Assembly: GCA_965153355.1 (NCBI GenBank)
Contig: OZ231126.1
Coordinates: 1,736,001-1,800,000 of the forward strand
Length of the DNA stretch: 64,000 bases
Source: Flaccisagitta enflata
Taxonomy: Eukaryota
Reading direction: 5' to 3'
Both the position numbers and the translations under genes were made by a program. The notes beneath the pieces were generated by a model. It saw only the letters and a program-made list of their open reading frames with translations. It did not search any database and was not told where the DNA came from. Shown piece after piece: positions 25,651-38,728 of this stretch (the first letter of the stretch is position 1; each line of letters begins with the position of its first letter).

Positions 25651-28600
25651 CTGACTGACTGATGATGGTAGACGCATAGGAAATTAGGCAAAGATTGGAA
25701 AATGGCGTTGCGATGGTCTCGTTCTTTAGGAAAAATTTCAACAATCTGAGAGAGGTAAAATGAAAGGGAAGTTGGGCATGAGATATTGGTCAACCAATGA
25801 AAACAACATGAGATCAGGATAGACATTGAGCAGAAACAGCCAATAACAACATGTACATCTTATCCAGAGGCCATGAAGCCAGATCAATACACTGCCCCCG
25901 CCCTGCCCATCCCACCAAATTCACCCATGTCACCCCAATAATCAGTTGACCGGGCAGACGATAAAAAGGATGCAAATGCAGGACGCAGGATGCAGGATAA
26001 AATGATAAAAAACAGAAGATAAAACAATAAATAGCCAGACGACAAAAACAACAATAAAACACCAAAACACTAAAATGATAAAACTTACTTTATGGTACTC
26101 CATGGTTTCCCACCGGCGTCGTTATCGTCCTGAATGTCAGATGTCCGTTCATATGTCTCTGCAATAAAAGGATGAGAGACTTATGAAAGATATGAAATTC
26201 CAAGGGCACACATCATGAAAATCTAGCTAATATCAAGCATTACATTACGAAGCGATGCCATAAACAATGTCTACGCAAATAAAAATCGAAGCATGAAAAT
26301 ATAAGTCGACGAAAGAAGTAGAAGGAAAAATATGTGAGAACACGCAATTCCAAATCAATAAAAGAGCAAGGCGAAACGGGCAAAACCATGCCCACCATAT
26401 GGTTGCAGCCAAAATGGGCAAAAAACAAAAGGCATCGATTTAGAAAGAAAGAAGAAAAAGACATTCACGCGAAGAGCATCATCATTCCCATACTTATAAA
26501 TATCACACATTTCCACACTCTGCCCCATTTTTGTAATTTCATAAATTTCAAAAATCCAACATCTAGTTTCTGATCGTGGGAAACCCTAAAAATAAAAAAC
26601 CCATACTGCAACGCAAAAAAAATTACATTAATATAACTACAAACTCCGCCCCTCTCCCCAGCCTCCGCCTCTTACATCCCCCCCCTTCCACAGAAGGAGA
26701 TCGACGAACAACATGGCGACAAATCTTTCCCCCCCCCCCCCCCCCCCCCCGGAAGAGGGGGACCAAACCAAGCGCAGTGATCAATCCGACAATCGGGAGG
26801 TGGAGACGAGATGGAGACGAGGAAGAGAAGGCGCCCGTTCTGTTAAAAAGTTAAGAAGGGAAGGAGGGGGGGGGGGGAAGGGGGGAACGGGCCTAGGAGC
26901 ACCTCTAGACTGGGATTTGACTTTGAGGTGGAAAAGTATAAGAGGAGGGCATTTAGTAATATGTACACCATACGAAATTTATTTGTAAACAAGATTTTAA
27001 AGGGACAAATGTCAAATACAAAAAAATCTAAAAACTAAGTGATACGATATGTTCGTATCCAAAACAGCAGAATGACAACAAAAGATAAAACAATAAATTA
27101 CTAACCCTATAAATTAAAAACAATTATACGAGGGAAATAAACCCCAAGAACCATTTCAGGATGACCACGTCACCTGCCCTATCTCCAAGGCAGAGAAGCA
27201 CAAACTCGAATCTCCAACAGCTCGTCAAATTGCGATAATAAGGCGAGGGAAAAGACGAGGTTGAGGCGACGTCGACGCCCGAGAATGGACCCAACGTCGT
27301 ACATCATCGTCGATGGAAGGCCAGAAGCCACACTTGCGCCTTGGGTCTTGGAGCTTCGTTGGGATTTGACGGGAAACTGCAGATGTCTTCAGCATTCAAA
27401 CGTTGACACCAGCAGAAGCTATAATGACAACAAATGAACTGACAGGACAGGAAAGCATTTGGAACAGGTAAAAATTACATGTCAATGCGAAATGAATCAA
27501 TGTTGATTTGGATATTGGAACACACAACTTAGTAACAGGGAAAGAGACGAAAGCATGGATGATCAGAACCAAATATGAATTTGCACACTCTTTGTCAATA
27601 AAATCAAACAGAGCAACATCATTCATATCTATAGTTACTAAGTGACAGGCCCATGCGCCCAAAATTTCTCTCTCCCAAAAACTTAGCTTTTATTAATGCG
27701 TCCAAATCCACAATCTCGACGTGAAATGTCTCCTTAATGGGCGTCGGACTCGAATTCTCCGGACATGAATAACGGGTCCATTATCGCCCAAGACACCCCG
27801 CTGCAACCTGCTTGTGCCCCCGTGTTGCTGCGTCTTCTGCTTCGTCGGTTGCTGTGATCATTGTTGTATCAGACTCTGACTCGTCATCACGCTGCTGTTG
27901 TTCAGCATCCATGTTAGCCTTATCCACATGTCATTTCTACTACCTTGGGGATGATTTTAACAAAACTGCTGGTTTTATAACTGTTTTGTATAGCCTGTAG
28001 GTGCAAGAAATGGAATCCACCAGCTTTTAAATCATCCTAAGGCCGGATTTTGAGAAAAAACACGTTTTTACCATCCTGAGGTACAGGTCATTGAATTTTC
28101 CCAATTTTATCTTGTTTTGCTCATATTTTTTTAACAAAAAGAGCTAGATATGCCAGATTGGTCCCATTTTAAAGATCTGCTCAAGATCTTTCCAACCGTC
28201 ACCAATTTTTTGTAAATCCGTTGAAAAATGCCTGAGATATAAGCACTCAAACATAGGGTATGTTATGAGGAATACTGACTATCTTCCTAGACGTTGATTC
28301 CTTGTGATAATTCTACTTGTTTTGCTCATAACTTTTGAACGAATAAAGCTAGAAATGCCAGATTGGTCTCATTTTAAAGATTTTTTAAAGATCTTTCTAA
28401 CCATCACCAATTTTTTGTAATTCCGATAAAAAATGCGTGAGTTAAGACTTGTCAAATGTAGGTGATGTCATGGGAATCTTGGAGGATTTTCCCAACTCTT
28501 CTTCTCACTTTGTCTATTGGTTTGTCCATCAGTCAGTGGGTTGGTTAGTTGTTCAGTTGGTCCATCAGTTCGTAATACTTAGCTTTATTGAAGTTTACAG

Positions 28601-29059
28601 GCATTTTTTGCATCACTGCCACTGCCAAAATGTTTCCTCACCTGTAGAACACAGGAGTAATTCCCATATTTCAAACCTGAAATTATCCTTCTCAGTCCTC
28701 AAATCAGTGCTTTCAGGCTTTGATTGGCCCTATAAATCCTCAAAATAACTCCCTCAAACCTCAAATTAGCCCTCGCAGGCTTCAAATTAGTCCTAGGCCT
28801 CATGTCAGCCCTCTGTCTATCCACTCATCCTCCCCTCTTAGGTCCTTACTCTTCCATCTCAAGTCTCAAAATGACCCCCTCAGCCCCCCAATCAGCCCTG
28901 TCATGCCTCAAATCAGCCCTCTCAGAATCAGAACCCCTCCAGAACCCCTCCATTTCATCTTTTTCGGGCCCTGAGAATCTCAAGAAAGCTGATTCAAGGC
29001 TTGAATAAAACTGGAACTGCTTGGAGAGGAAGAGGTTGAACAATATGTGAGGCTTAGAT

Positions 29060-29418
29060 AGCTGATTTGAGGCCTGAGAGGCCTAAATTTGAGGCACGAG
29101 AAGCCAGGTTTGATGCCTGAGAATTTGGATTTAAGGCCTGAGAAGCCAAATTTGAGGCCTGGGAGGTTGGATTTGAGGCCTGAGAGGCCAGATTTGAGGC
29201 ATGAGAGGCTAAATTTGAGGCCTGAGAGGCTGGATTTGAGGCCTAAGAGGTCAGGTAAGAGGTCTCAGAGGCCAGATTTGAGGTCTCAGACGCCAGATTT
29301 GAGGCCTGAAGGGCCCGATGAGGGGGTGCGGGGGGGAAAAACGGATGTACAAATGGACAAACGAAAGTCCCCCTGTGTTCTACAGGACTTCGTCCCCTTT
29401 GGGGCCGCTGCCCAAAAA
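29060..29418 (-). mobile_element. Family D-related repeat with a 21-bp tandem array
   Basis: (GAGGCCAGATTTGAGGCCTGA)-like units ending in CCCCTTTGGGGCCGCTGCCCAAAAA. Confidence 0.6.
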
Positions 29419-29447
29419 GGCATATTCCATGAATTTTCTTTTTTTAA

Positions 29448-29670
29448 ATTTTTAGTGGCGTGCTACGCGACTCTACACCCCGCTTTTTTGGTCCGTCCGT
29501 TGGTCGGTTGGTCCGACCGTCTGTCCGTCCCTCCGTCCGTCTCACTTTACTTTTTTTGGGTTTTTGCGTTCTACGGCCTCACTGCTCCTGCCCGAGTGAT
29601 CAAGTGACCTCATATACGGCCCCTGCCCACCCGCACGCGACTGGGGTAGCCGTGTATCCGGCCTTGTTTT
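29448..29670 (+). mobile_element. Short HINE family A
   Basis: TTTTTAGTGGCGTGCTACGCGACT...GCACGCGACTGGGGTAGCCGTGTATCCGGCCTTGTTT. Confidence 0.8.
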
Positions 29671-30225
29671 CTATCAAGTTAAGAGTGAAAAGAATTCTAA
29701 ATAAATTTCCCTGAAAGACAACAACTTCCTTCTCGTATCTTACATCACTTGTTGATGTTTAAGATAATGGCTTTCTTCTTATCCATAATCGACAATGTTT
29801 TGAATAGAAAATAAGACCAGAGAAAGACGGTGAAATCAGAAGCTCCGAATGTCAGGACTTTGCCTCTCTTTGGGCATCTTCGAAAAAAATCCTGCAGAAC
29901 ATTAGAATCTGAAGCCTTGGATGCCCGATGATAGGTCTGAACAGGTGGATCTGAGGCCTGGAAGGTTTAATTTGCAGTCTGTGAGTGCATATTTGATGCC
30001 TGAAAGGGCAGATTTGGTCTGAAAGGGCTGAATTAAGACTTTCACACTTTCAGGCATAAAATATGCCTTCATAAACTTCAAATTGAATCTTCCAGGACTC
30101 AAATCCACCAGTTCAGACCTTTAATCAGACATCCAAGGCTTCAAGATTCCCATTGTCTACCGGATTTTTTTTTCAATTTGGGTGTAGTGAGGGATATTGT
30201 TCTACTTGTCATACCATGCGTATAA

Positions 30226-30595
30226 AAAACAAGGCCAACACCTATAAGTCGCGTGCGAGATTTACAGGGTAAGAAAGACTTAGAATGACTTAGAATGACT
30301 TAGAATGACTTAGAATGACTTAGAATGACTGAAAATGTCCAAAAAGGACTTAAGATGACTAAAAAACCTAATGACCAAAAATGACTTAAAATAACTTAAA
30401 ATGACTTGGAATGACTCAAAATGACTTAGAATAACTATTAATGACTAAAAGAAACTTAAAATGACCTAGGAGTTGACGTTATATTACAAAAAAAGTAAAG
30501 TGTGACGGACGGACCGACGGACCGACGGACCGACGGACGGACCGATGGATGGACCGACAAAGCGGGGTGTAGAGTCGCGTGCACGCGACTAAAAA
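30226..30595 (-). mobile_element. HINE with a (TAGAATGACT)n central array
   Basis: Termini match the large satellite HINE (AACAAGGCCAACACCTATAAGTCGCGTGC ... AGTCGCGTGCACGCGACTAAAA). Confidence 0.8.
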
Positions 30596-30719
30596 GAAAA
30601 AAGATGCACCTTTCTTTTCATTGATAAAACAGATTCAAAAAATGAATAAAACTTTTTTTAAAAGATATATTTCCAAAGATTTAAAAAAAATGGATGTTTA
30701 TTGTTTCACCTGTAGTCTG

Positions 30720-31326
30720 AATAGTTGCCAAAGTGTTAGCTGGTCAGCGGTTTTCGTTTCCCCTTTGTGAGTGTACGTGGGTGTGAGGTGGTGAGAGGGG
30801 CCAATGACCTGTACTTCCTCAGTAAGTGTGGTTGTAAAAGGTGAATCATGGGTTGAGGGGTTAAGATATGGGCCATGAACTTGGGATTTGGGCTTTGAAG
30901 TGAGAATGGGGAGTGGGGACTGGGATTTAGGCCTTGGGGCTGGAATTTTGGCTTTGAGGCTGGGATTTTTTACCTTGAAGCTGGGATCTGAGCCTCAAGA
31001 CTTAAATCTGGGCCTTGAGGCTAGGATTTGAGCCTCAAGGTTATGATTCAGGTTTCAAGGATTTGGCTTTTAGGCTAGGATTTTAGCCTGGAGGCTAGGA
31101 TTTGGGCTTTGAGACTTGGACTTGGACCTTGAGGCTGGGGTTTTGGCCACAAGGCTGGAATTTGGGCCTTAAGGCTGGTATATGGGCCTCTATGCTGGGA
31201 TGTCCTCCAGGTTGGGTTTTGGCCTTGAGGCTGAGGGGGGGTACAAAGAAGGAGGAGGAGAAGAAGGACAAGTTTCTTCATATGTGAAAGCATAGGTCAT
31301 CGGCCCTTTTTGGGCGCTGCCCAAAA
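30720..31326 (-). mobile_element. Family D repeat
   Basis: AATAGTTGCCAAAGTGTTAG start, (GGCTGGGATTTGGGCCTTGA)-like array, CATATGTGAAAGCATAGGTCATC...GCTGCCCAAAA end. Confidence 0.65.
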
Positions 31327-31368
31327 GGGAAGATTTGAGACCTGGGAGGGGTTCTATGATCTGTGAGG

Positions 31369-32183
31369 CTATGCCGGATCATAAATAGGCTTGAAAAGCT
31401 TAAGCTTAGGGCCCCGCGCCTCAGGGGGCCCCGCACCCCTTGTGAAAAAAAAAATTACAATGAAAAATATCATAAAGAAATGTAATAGAAAATGAAAAAA
31501 TCTCAAATACTGAAATTTATACTCAACTGCTTACAGAGTAAAAAAAGGTGCAAACAAAAAAAAATATTTTCACAATTCTGATCTCAAACTAGCAATCAAA
31601 AACATAAAATGTTTTTTTTTTTAAATGTAATCAAAAATTTAACAAATTAATCTGCTTCAAACAAATTTACAAAATTTGTAAAATCTTAATTTTAATGAAT
31701 GAATAAAAATCTTAAAGCAAGATTTGTTTTGCTTTTACAGAAAAGCACTTCAAATCCCTTACTGAAATCGTTTTTAATGCAATAGATTTAGGATACCCCA
31801 TTAGTTTTAAAGCAATAATTTAAAATCACAATATTTGTAATATTTATTCAAATTTTCAAATAATCTTTATGCATCAGTCTCTGTTCACACTCTTTATCAA
31901 TTGATAAGGTCTTTATAGTTGTGGACACGTCTGTTTGTCCGTCGGTCCATCGGTTTGTCAGCACAAGTCAAAAAGCGGAAAAACAAGCGTTTTAGAACAT
32001 TTCTAGTTGCGGACAATTGCATTTCTGCTCCTGCCCACCCATCCGCTACTGGTGGCCATTTATCCAGCCTTGTTAACTATAAATTTGGTTTAAAATTATG
32101 TGTGAATATGCAACAAAAAAAATTGAGGGGGCCCCGCGCCCCTAGCTAAGCTTAGGGCCCCGCGCCATGTTGATCCGGCTCAG
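31369..32183. mobile_element. hAT-type MITE
   Basis: TIRs CTATGCCGGATCA and TGATCCGGCTCAG; 8-bp TSD CTGTGAGG; GGGGCCCCGCG subterminal repeats. Confidence 0.75.
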
Positions 32184-33720
32184 CTGTGAGGACTGATTTG
32201 GTGGCTTAAAAGGGCTGATTGGAGAGATTGGGGGCCATTTTGACACTGGAGAGGGTGGAGTTCAGGCCTGAGAGGGGAGGATGAATGGATAGACAGGGGG
32301 CTGACATGAAGTCTAGGACTAATTTGAAGCCTGAGAGGGCTAATTTGAAGTTTGAGGGACTTGTTTTGAGGATTTAGAGGGCCAATCAAAGCCTGAAATG
32401 AATGAGAGGGATGATTTTGGGTTTGAGATATGGGAATTCCTCCTGTGTCCTACATGTGAGTAAACATTTTGGCAGTGGCAGTGATGCAAAAAATGCCTGT
32501 AAACTTCAAAAAAGCTAAGTATCACAAACTGATGGACCAACTGAACCACCAACCAACCCACTGACTGATGGACAAAACCAAAAGACAGAGCGAAAAGAAG
32601 AGTTGAGATAATCCTCCAAGATTCCCATGACATTACCTAGGTTTGGCAAGTCATAACTCAAGCATTTTTTTGTTGGATTTGCAAAAAATTGGTGACAGTT
32701 AGAAAAATCTTGAAAAAATCTTTAAAATGAGACCAATCTGGCATTTCTAGCTTTATTCGTTCAGAAGTTATGAGCAAAACAAGTAGAATTATGACAAAAA
32801 ATCAATGACCAGGAAAATAGTCAATATTCGTCATAACATACCTTATGTTTGAGTGCTTATATCTCAGGCATTTTTCAACGGATTTACAAAAAAATTGGTG
32901 ACAGTTGGAAAGATCTTGAGCAGATCTTTAAAATGGGACCAATCTGGCATTTCTAGCTCTTTTTGTTCAAAAGATATGAGCAAAACAAGATAAAAATGGG
33001 AAAATTCAATGACCTTTACCTCAGGATGGTAAAAAAGTGTTTTTTCTAAAAATCCGGCCTTAGGATGTTTTAAAAGCTGGTGGATTCCATTTCTTGCACC
33101 TACAGGCTAAACAAAACAGTTATAAAACCAGCAGTTTTGTCAAAATCATCCCCAAGGTAGTAGAAATGACATGTGTATCATTATCAATGAAAGTTTGATT
33201 TGCTGCAGGAGGATAAATTGCCGTCACGGGAGTAACCACAGCCTTCCGTTGCTGCAACTGTTGCTGTTGAAACCGCCACTGCTGCTGGACTTGCTCCAGC
33301 CGCTGCCGCTGTTCCTCAGCCTCCTGTTGCTGCTTCTGACACCCAAAAACTTCAAAATGGTTGTGACCAATTTCATGGCAGCTCAAAACTACATTCGCTT
33401 TTACACACGGCATTAGATCAATCGGGAGATAATTTGATATCACTGCCAGCACATGGCTCATTGTACTATCGCAAAATTTTTTTACCTGGAATAACATGAA
33501 TAACGTTTGTCATTGAATATTTGATTTACATCCTTATTTGCAATACATTGGATCCTTATTATCTGTGTTGTGACCTCCCTGAAAAGCAATGGAATGATAG
33601 GGACAAAAAAGGAAATCCACGTTGATCAGGACCTCTCCTAGATTGGATTTTTATCTGGCGGAAATAAAAAAGGTGGCGATAAAGATGCTTACAAACAAGC
33701 AGTGAGTTTTTTTCGTGCAG

Positions 33721-33760
<40 letters not shown>

Positions 33761-34231
33761 TAACAGCTGCAAGAAACACGTTACGTGCTGTCTGCCCGTC
33801 GCTAGCTGTGTCACTGCCCAGCGTGAGAACAAGTTGAAACTTCAAAAGGAGAAACGTTGCACAGAAAGACAGCGATGATGAGACAGACACACTGACAGAC
33901 TGATAGGTATTAAGAATGAAAAAGTCACATAAACAAATAGATAGACATGAAACGCACAACTGAAAAGGGACAGACAGACAAACGGATGGAGAGGTGAAGA
34001 GAACACACTGCAGAATATGAAATTTTGGTCTGCTTAACGATAAGCTTTGGTCTTTCACGCTTGAGTTGAAAATACTCATTTTTGTTGATGTTGCTGTTGT
34101 CGATTAAAGCTTTTCAATTTCATAGTTGTCCTTTTTTCCTTGATTGTCGCATTTTTGTGATTGTTGTTGTTATTGATTTGGCCCATTTCACTGTCATGAA
34201 GGTTGTTGTTGTTGTTGTTGTTGTTGTTGTT

Positions 34232-34263
<32 letters not shown>

Positions 34264-34454
34264 CGTTTTTATTGTTTGTCATGTTGTTGTCTTGGATGCC
34301 CCGCCTCTTCCCTCTTCAACGATATTGTGACCCTACGTCACTTGTTACTTTGTTTTTCACGCAGGTTGGTGTGACCTAAATCTAATCCCTTATCATCTCG
34401 ATCCAGAGGTCATGCTAAGCTTTAAAATGAAATCTACGCAACGATTTCCACATA

Positions 34455-34518
<64 letters not shown>

Positions 34519-34564
34519 AGAAAGAAAAAGGAAGAAAGAAAGGAAGAAAGAAAAAACGAAAGAC

Positions 34565-34598
<34 letters not shown>

Positions 34599-34739
34599 CG
34601 AGAAAGAGAGAAAAAAAGAAAAAGAAAGAAAAAGAGATGAAAGACTGACGAGTAGGTTCATTCACTAGATCGTCAAGCAAAACGAAGGGAGGAGGAGGAG
34701 GAGGAGGAGGAGGAGGAGGAGGAAGAGCAGGACAAAGTG

Positions 34740-35062
34740 TTGACCACAAGTGGCCACGGCAAAAAACAACAGCTGTGGTCACGAGTCCGTGGCCACGGGA
34801 AGTGCCCACCTGGCCCGAGCGTGAAACCAGAAGTTCGTTCCGGTTGCGGAAAAAGGGCAGGGTTGCCCTATAACAATAATGGGCTGCTTGGCCGTGACGG
34901 TAACGGTATTGAGGAGAAGAAGAAGAGGAAGAAGAAGAAGAAAAAGAAAAAGAAGAAAAGAAAAAGAAGAAAAGAAAAGGAAAAAAAAGAAAAAAAAAGA
35001 AGAAAAAAAAGAAGAAAAAAAAAGGGAAAAAAAGGAGAAATAAAAGAAATAAAAGAGGGAAT

Positions 35063-35157
<95 letters not shown>

Positions 35158-35560
35158 CCTACCCCTGTTTACATCTCCTTGTCTGTTGGTCTGTCTCCCC
35201 ATCAGTCTGGCATGTAATATGTTCTTCTTAAAAATGTGAGGTTGTCTAGCGTATTTTTGAAGTTGTAACCACAGATGAGTAAAAACAGTTACTTATGATT
35301 ATACGTCCCATACCGTCCCATACCGTACCGTCCCCGACACAATATTTCAATGAATTGCATCGCTACGCCACGTGGCGGAAAATGGCGTTGTTGCAACGTC
35401 CACGGGATAGAGGTTTACCGCCGTGTCACGCTCGGCCCAGGTGCCCACATATGTTGTCTACTGAGGTGGCCACTGAAACTTCTTCATCAGTCACCACTTT
35501 GGTCCGTGGCCACGCCCCAAAATGGGGTGGGTCGCCATGGCCCCCTAATCGAGAGCAAGA
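34740..35560. promoter_or_regulatory. Possible regulatory island (GC/CpG-enriched unique sequence with repeated GTGGCCAC/CCACG motifs)
   Basis: Four GTGGCCAC palindromes, GCCACGTGGC, AAATGGCG and CCACGCCCC clustered in an AT-rich background; function is inferred only. Confidence 0.25.
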
Positions 35561-35996
35561 ATACCTCTTTTGAACAGTCGCATAATCAGTTGATCACTGT
35601 AAGGGAAAAGACAGGGCAAGAGATATCAAGAAAGGTAAATAAATCACATAATTGTTCTCATGATTCCTCATTTATCATTCATGCTTGCTATGACATCATA
35701 ATCCCATTCCCATTCTGATTGATATCCTGCCAGAATCTAGCGCCGTAGAGAGACCCATTTTGTCTCAGCTCTCCCGCTTGGATTTGAAAAGGTTTTAATA
35801 GATCTTGAAAATGAATACTTTATTTCGAATTTTTTCGAACCTACAATCACTAAAGGTCAAAAGAATCAATTAAATGACCTCTCAAAGGGTGTTGTTTTAT
35901 GCCGCGTAAGCTTCACAAACATGCCCGGGTGAATCGAAATTATTTCAATACACAATCAATACACAATTGTACCTACTGTAGCGCTGCATCAATTCT

Positions 35997-36200
35997 TACG
36001 TCGCGTGCTACGCGGCTCTACACCCCAATTTGTCGGTTCGTCAGTCAGTTGGTCAGTCGGTCAGACGGTACGCGTTTAACTTTTTAACGTTTTTTTTTGC
36101 TATCTTTTGTCTTACTGTTCTTGCCAAAATGCTCTAATGACCTCAAATACGACCCTGCCCACCCGCAACCGACTTGGGTAGCCGAGTATCCGGCCTTTTT
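35997..36200 (+). mobile_element. Degenerate short HINE family A
   Basis: GTCGCGTGCTACGCGGCTCTA...GCCGAGTATCCGGCCTTTT. Confidence 0.65.
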
Positions 36201-36715
36201 TTTCCTCTGCTTATTACCCGACGACCACAGAATTTAGTGTGAACACATCAATGAGAAAATAAGAAACTTAAAAGATTAAAGAAATCTAAAATGTTGTCAC
36301 GCAATATTTGGAAGTTGAGAGTTCTTAATTCTTTAATGTTGAGAGTTCTTAATTGAAATGCTTTTTAGATGGAGTCGAGATTTGAAATCGACTTTGACGC
36401 GACAAATTCATCATCATCTGCAACGGGGGGGGGGAACGGGGGAGTGGGGAAGGGGGAGTGGGAAAGGGGAGGGGGAGGGGGAGGGGAGATGGGGGAATGG
36501 GTTTGTGTGTGAAGGGGAGGGGCAATGAGTGGGCGGGGGTTGGATGGCTGGAGTGATTAGGGTGGTCGGGGTAAAGATAGGGCCTTTCGCTCAAAGTGAT
36601 ACATTTATACCGACTGTGTAGGACGGCGAGTATTTGATGTTAACATTTAGTGTTTCACCCCATTTTTTCAACTTTGGTTGAATAACTATGATGCAACCGA
36701 TATCTTCACGAGATA

Positions 36716-38728
36716 TAGTAGATGTCGTCTAGACTCGGAAATGCAGGGGAATTCATTACAGGAAGACAAATATACTTAAGAGACTGATATTTAGAATAAC
36801 AAGGCCAACACCTATAAGTCGCGTGCAGGACAGAAATAACTGAACTGACCTAACCTTTTTGTATCTTTTCATCAAAAATCAGACATAAACCAAACCCAAA
36901 TCAGACCCAAACCAGACTCAAACCAGACTCAAACCAGACTCAAACCAGAATTAAACCAGACCGAAACCAGACATAAATCAGACATAAACCAGACATAAAC
37001 CAGACCTAAACCAGATTTAAGCCAGACTCAAACCAGACTCAAACCAGACTCAATCCAGACTCAATCCAGACTCAAACCAGACTCAAACCAGACTCAAACC
37101 AGACTCAAACCAGACTCAAACCTGACTCAAACCAGACTCAAACCAGACTCAAACCAGACTCAAACCAGAATTAAACCAAACCAAAACCAGACCAAAACCA
37201 GACCAAAACCAGACCTAAATCAGACCTAAATCAAACATAAACTAGACAAAAACCAGACATACACCAGACCTAAACCAGACCTAACCCAGACCTAAACCAG
37301 ACATAAATCAGACATGAACCAGTCTTAAACCAGACTTAAAACAGACTCAAACCAGACGTAAACCAGACTTAAACCAGACTTGAACCAGACTTGAACCAGA
37401 CTTTAACCAGACTTAAACCATACTCATCTTTGATATCATGTTAACCAGCAGACTTAAACCATTAGACCAGCAGACTTAACCCATTAGATTTAAACCAGCA
37501 GACTTAAACCAGCAGACTTAAACCAGCAGATTTAAACCAGTACACTTTAACCATCAGACTTTACCCAGCAGACTTTAACCAGCAGACTTTAACCAAAAAT
37601 GACCAAAAATGACCAATAATGACCAAAAATGACTGAAATGATCAAAATGACCAAAATGACCAAAATGACCAAAAATGACCAAAAATGACCAAAAATGACC
37701 AAAAATGACCAAAAATGACCAAAAATGACCAATAATGACCAAAATGACCAAAATGACCAAAATGACCAAAAATGATCAAAAAAGACCAAAAATGACAAAA
37801 ATGGACCAAAAATGACCAAAAATGACCAAAAATGATCAAAAATGACCAAAAATGACCAAAAATGACCAAAAATGACCAAAAATGACCAAAAATGACCAAA
37901 AATGATCAAAAACAATCAAAAATAATCAAAAATAATCAAAAATAATCAAAAATAATCAAAAATAATCAAAAATAATCAAAAATAATCAAAAATAATCAAA
38001 AATAATCAAAATGAGCAAAAATGACCAAAATGACCAAAAATCACCAAAAATGGCCTAAAATGACCAAAAATGACTAAAAGCAACCAATAATTCCCAAAAC
38101 AACAAAAAAATGACTCGAAATAACTCCAGAAGACCCAAAAAGACGAAAAAAAGCAAAGTGTTACCGACTGACCGACCGACCGATGGACGGACGGACCGAC
38201 CGACGGAGTGGGTTGTAGAGTCGCGTGCACGCGACTAAAAACTTATAAAAGAATATTTTATTGCCCATGGGTGTTGGTTGCCATGGAAACACCTTTCCAT
38301 GTATTCAGGCTAAAGTATCAATATTTTGAGAAATTTTTTGAAGGAACATTGTTTATGATAAAATTTGCTACAACTTTCCCACAATATATTTTGTAAGAAT
38401 ATTGCTTGTTTAGCTGTTGCTAGGGAGCGTAACTATGTTGGACAGCCCTGTGATGCTCCATAACAACCGCCAAACAAGCAATATTCTTGCCAAACATATT
38501 GTGGGAAAGTTGAAGCAAATTTTATTCTAAACAATGTTCCCTCAAAAAATTTCTCAAAATATTGATCTTTTAGCGTGAAGACGTGGAAATGTGTTTCCAT
38601 GGCAACCAACACCCCTGGGCAATAATGCATCTTTTAATTAGTTCATATTTCAAATATCAGTCTTTTAAGTTTATTTGTCTTCCTGTTATGAATTCCCCCG
38701 CATTTCCAAGTCTAGACAACATCTACTG
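36716..38728. mobile_element. Palindromic Tc1/mariner-type MITE split by a HINE
   Basis: TA|TAGTAGATGTCGTCTAGACT ... AGTCTAGACAACATCTACTG|TA; inner arms 38257-38420 and 38460-38623. Confidence 0.8.
36797..38240 (-). mobile_element. Full-length large satellite HINE
   Basis: Both termini present; same ordered arrays as 9180-10988 plus an (AATAATCAAA)n block. Confidence 0.85.

Larger units (their letters stand above)
27925..33175. mobile_element. 5.25 kb foldback-type non-autonomous DNA transposon, CAC..GTG ends, 4-bp TSD (Chapaev-like)
   Basis: TATC|CACATGTCATTTCTACTACC ... GGTAGTAGAAATGACATGTG|TATC. Inverted arms about 27925-28920 and 32190-33175. Confidence 0.85.
27781..33497 (-). pseudogene. 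Gln-rich ORF/exon of unknown function interrupted by the foldback element
   Basis: Removing 27925-33175 and one TSD joins ...QTFIDND to KANMDAEQQQRDDESESD...GCLGR* in frame (153 aa). No recognisable domain. Confidence 0.35.

Noticed and set aside
29089-29607. 172-aa ORF with LRPERLD heptad repeats
   Set aside because: Derived from a 21-bp tandem array in a dispersed repeat and runs on into two non-coding elements.
36425-36545. G-quadruplex-prone G-run tract
   Set aside because: Similar low-complexity G/C runs recur in the window and nothing links this one to a function.
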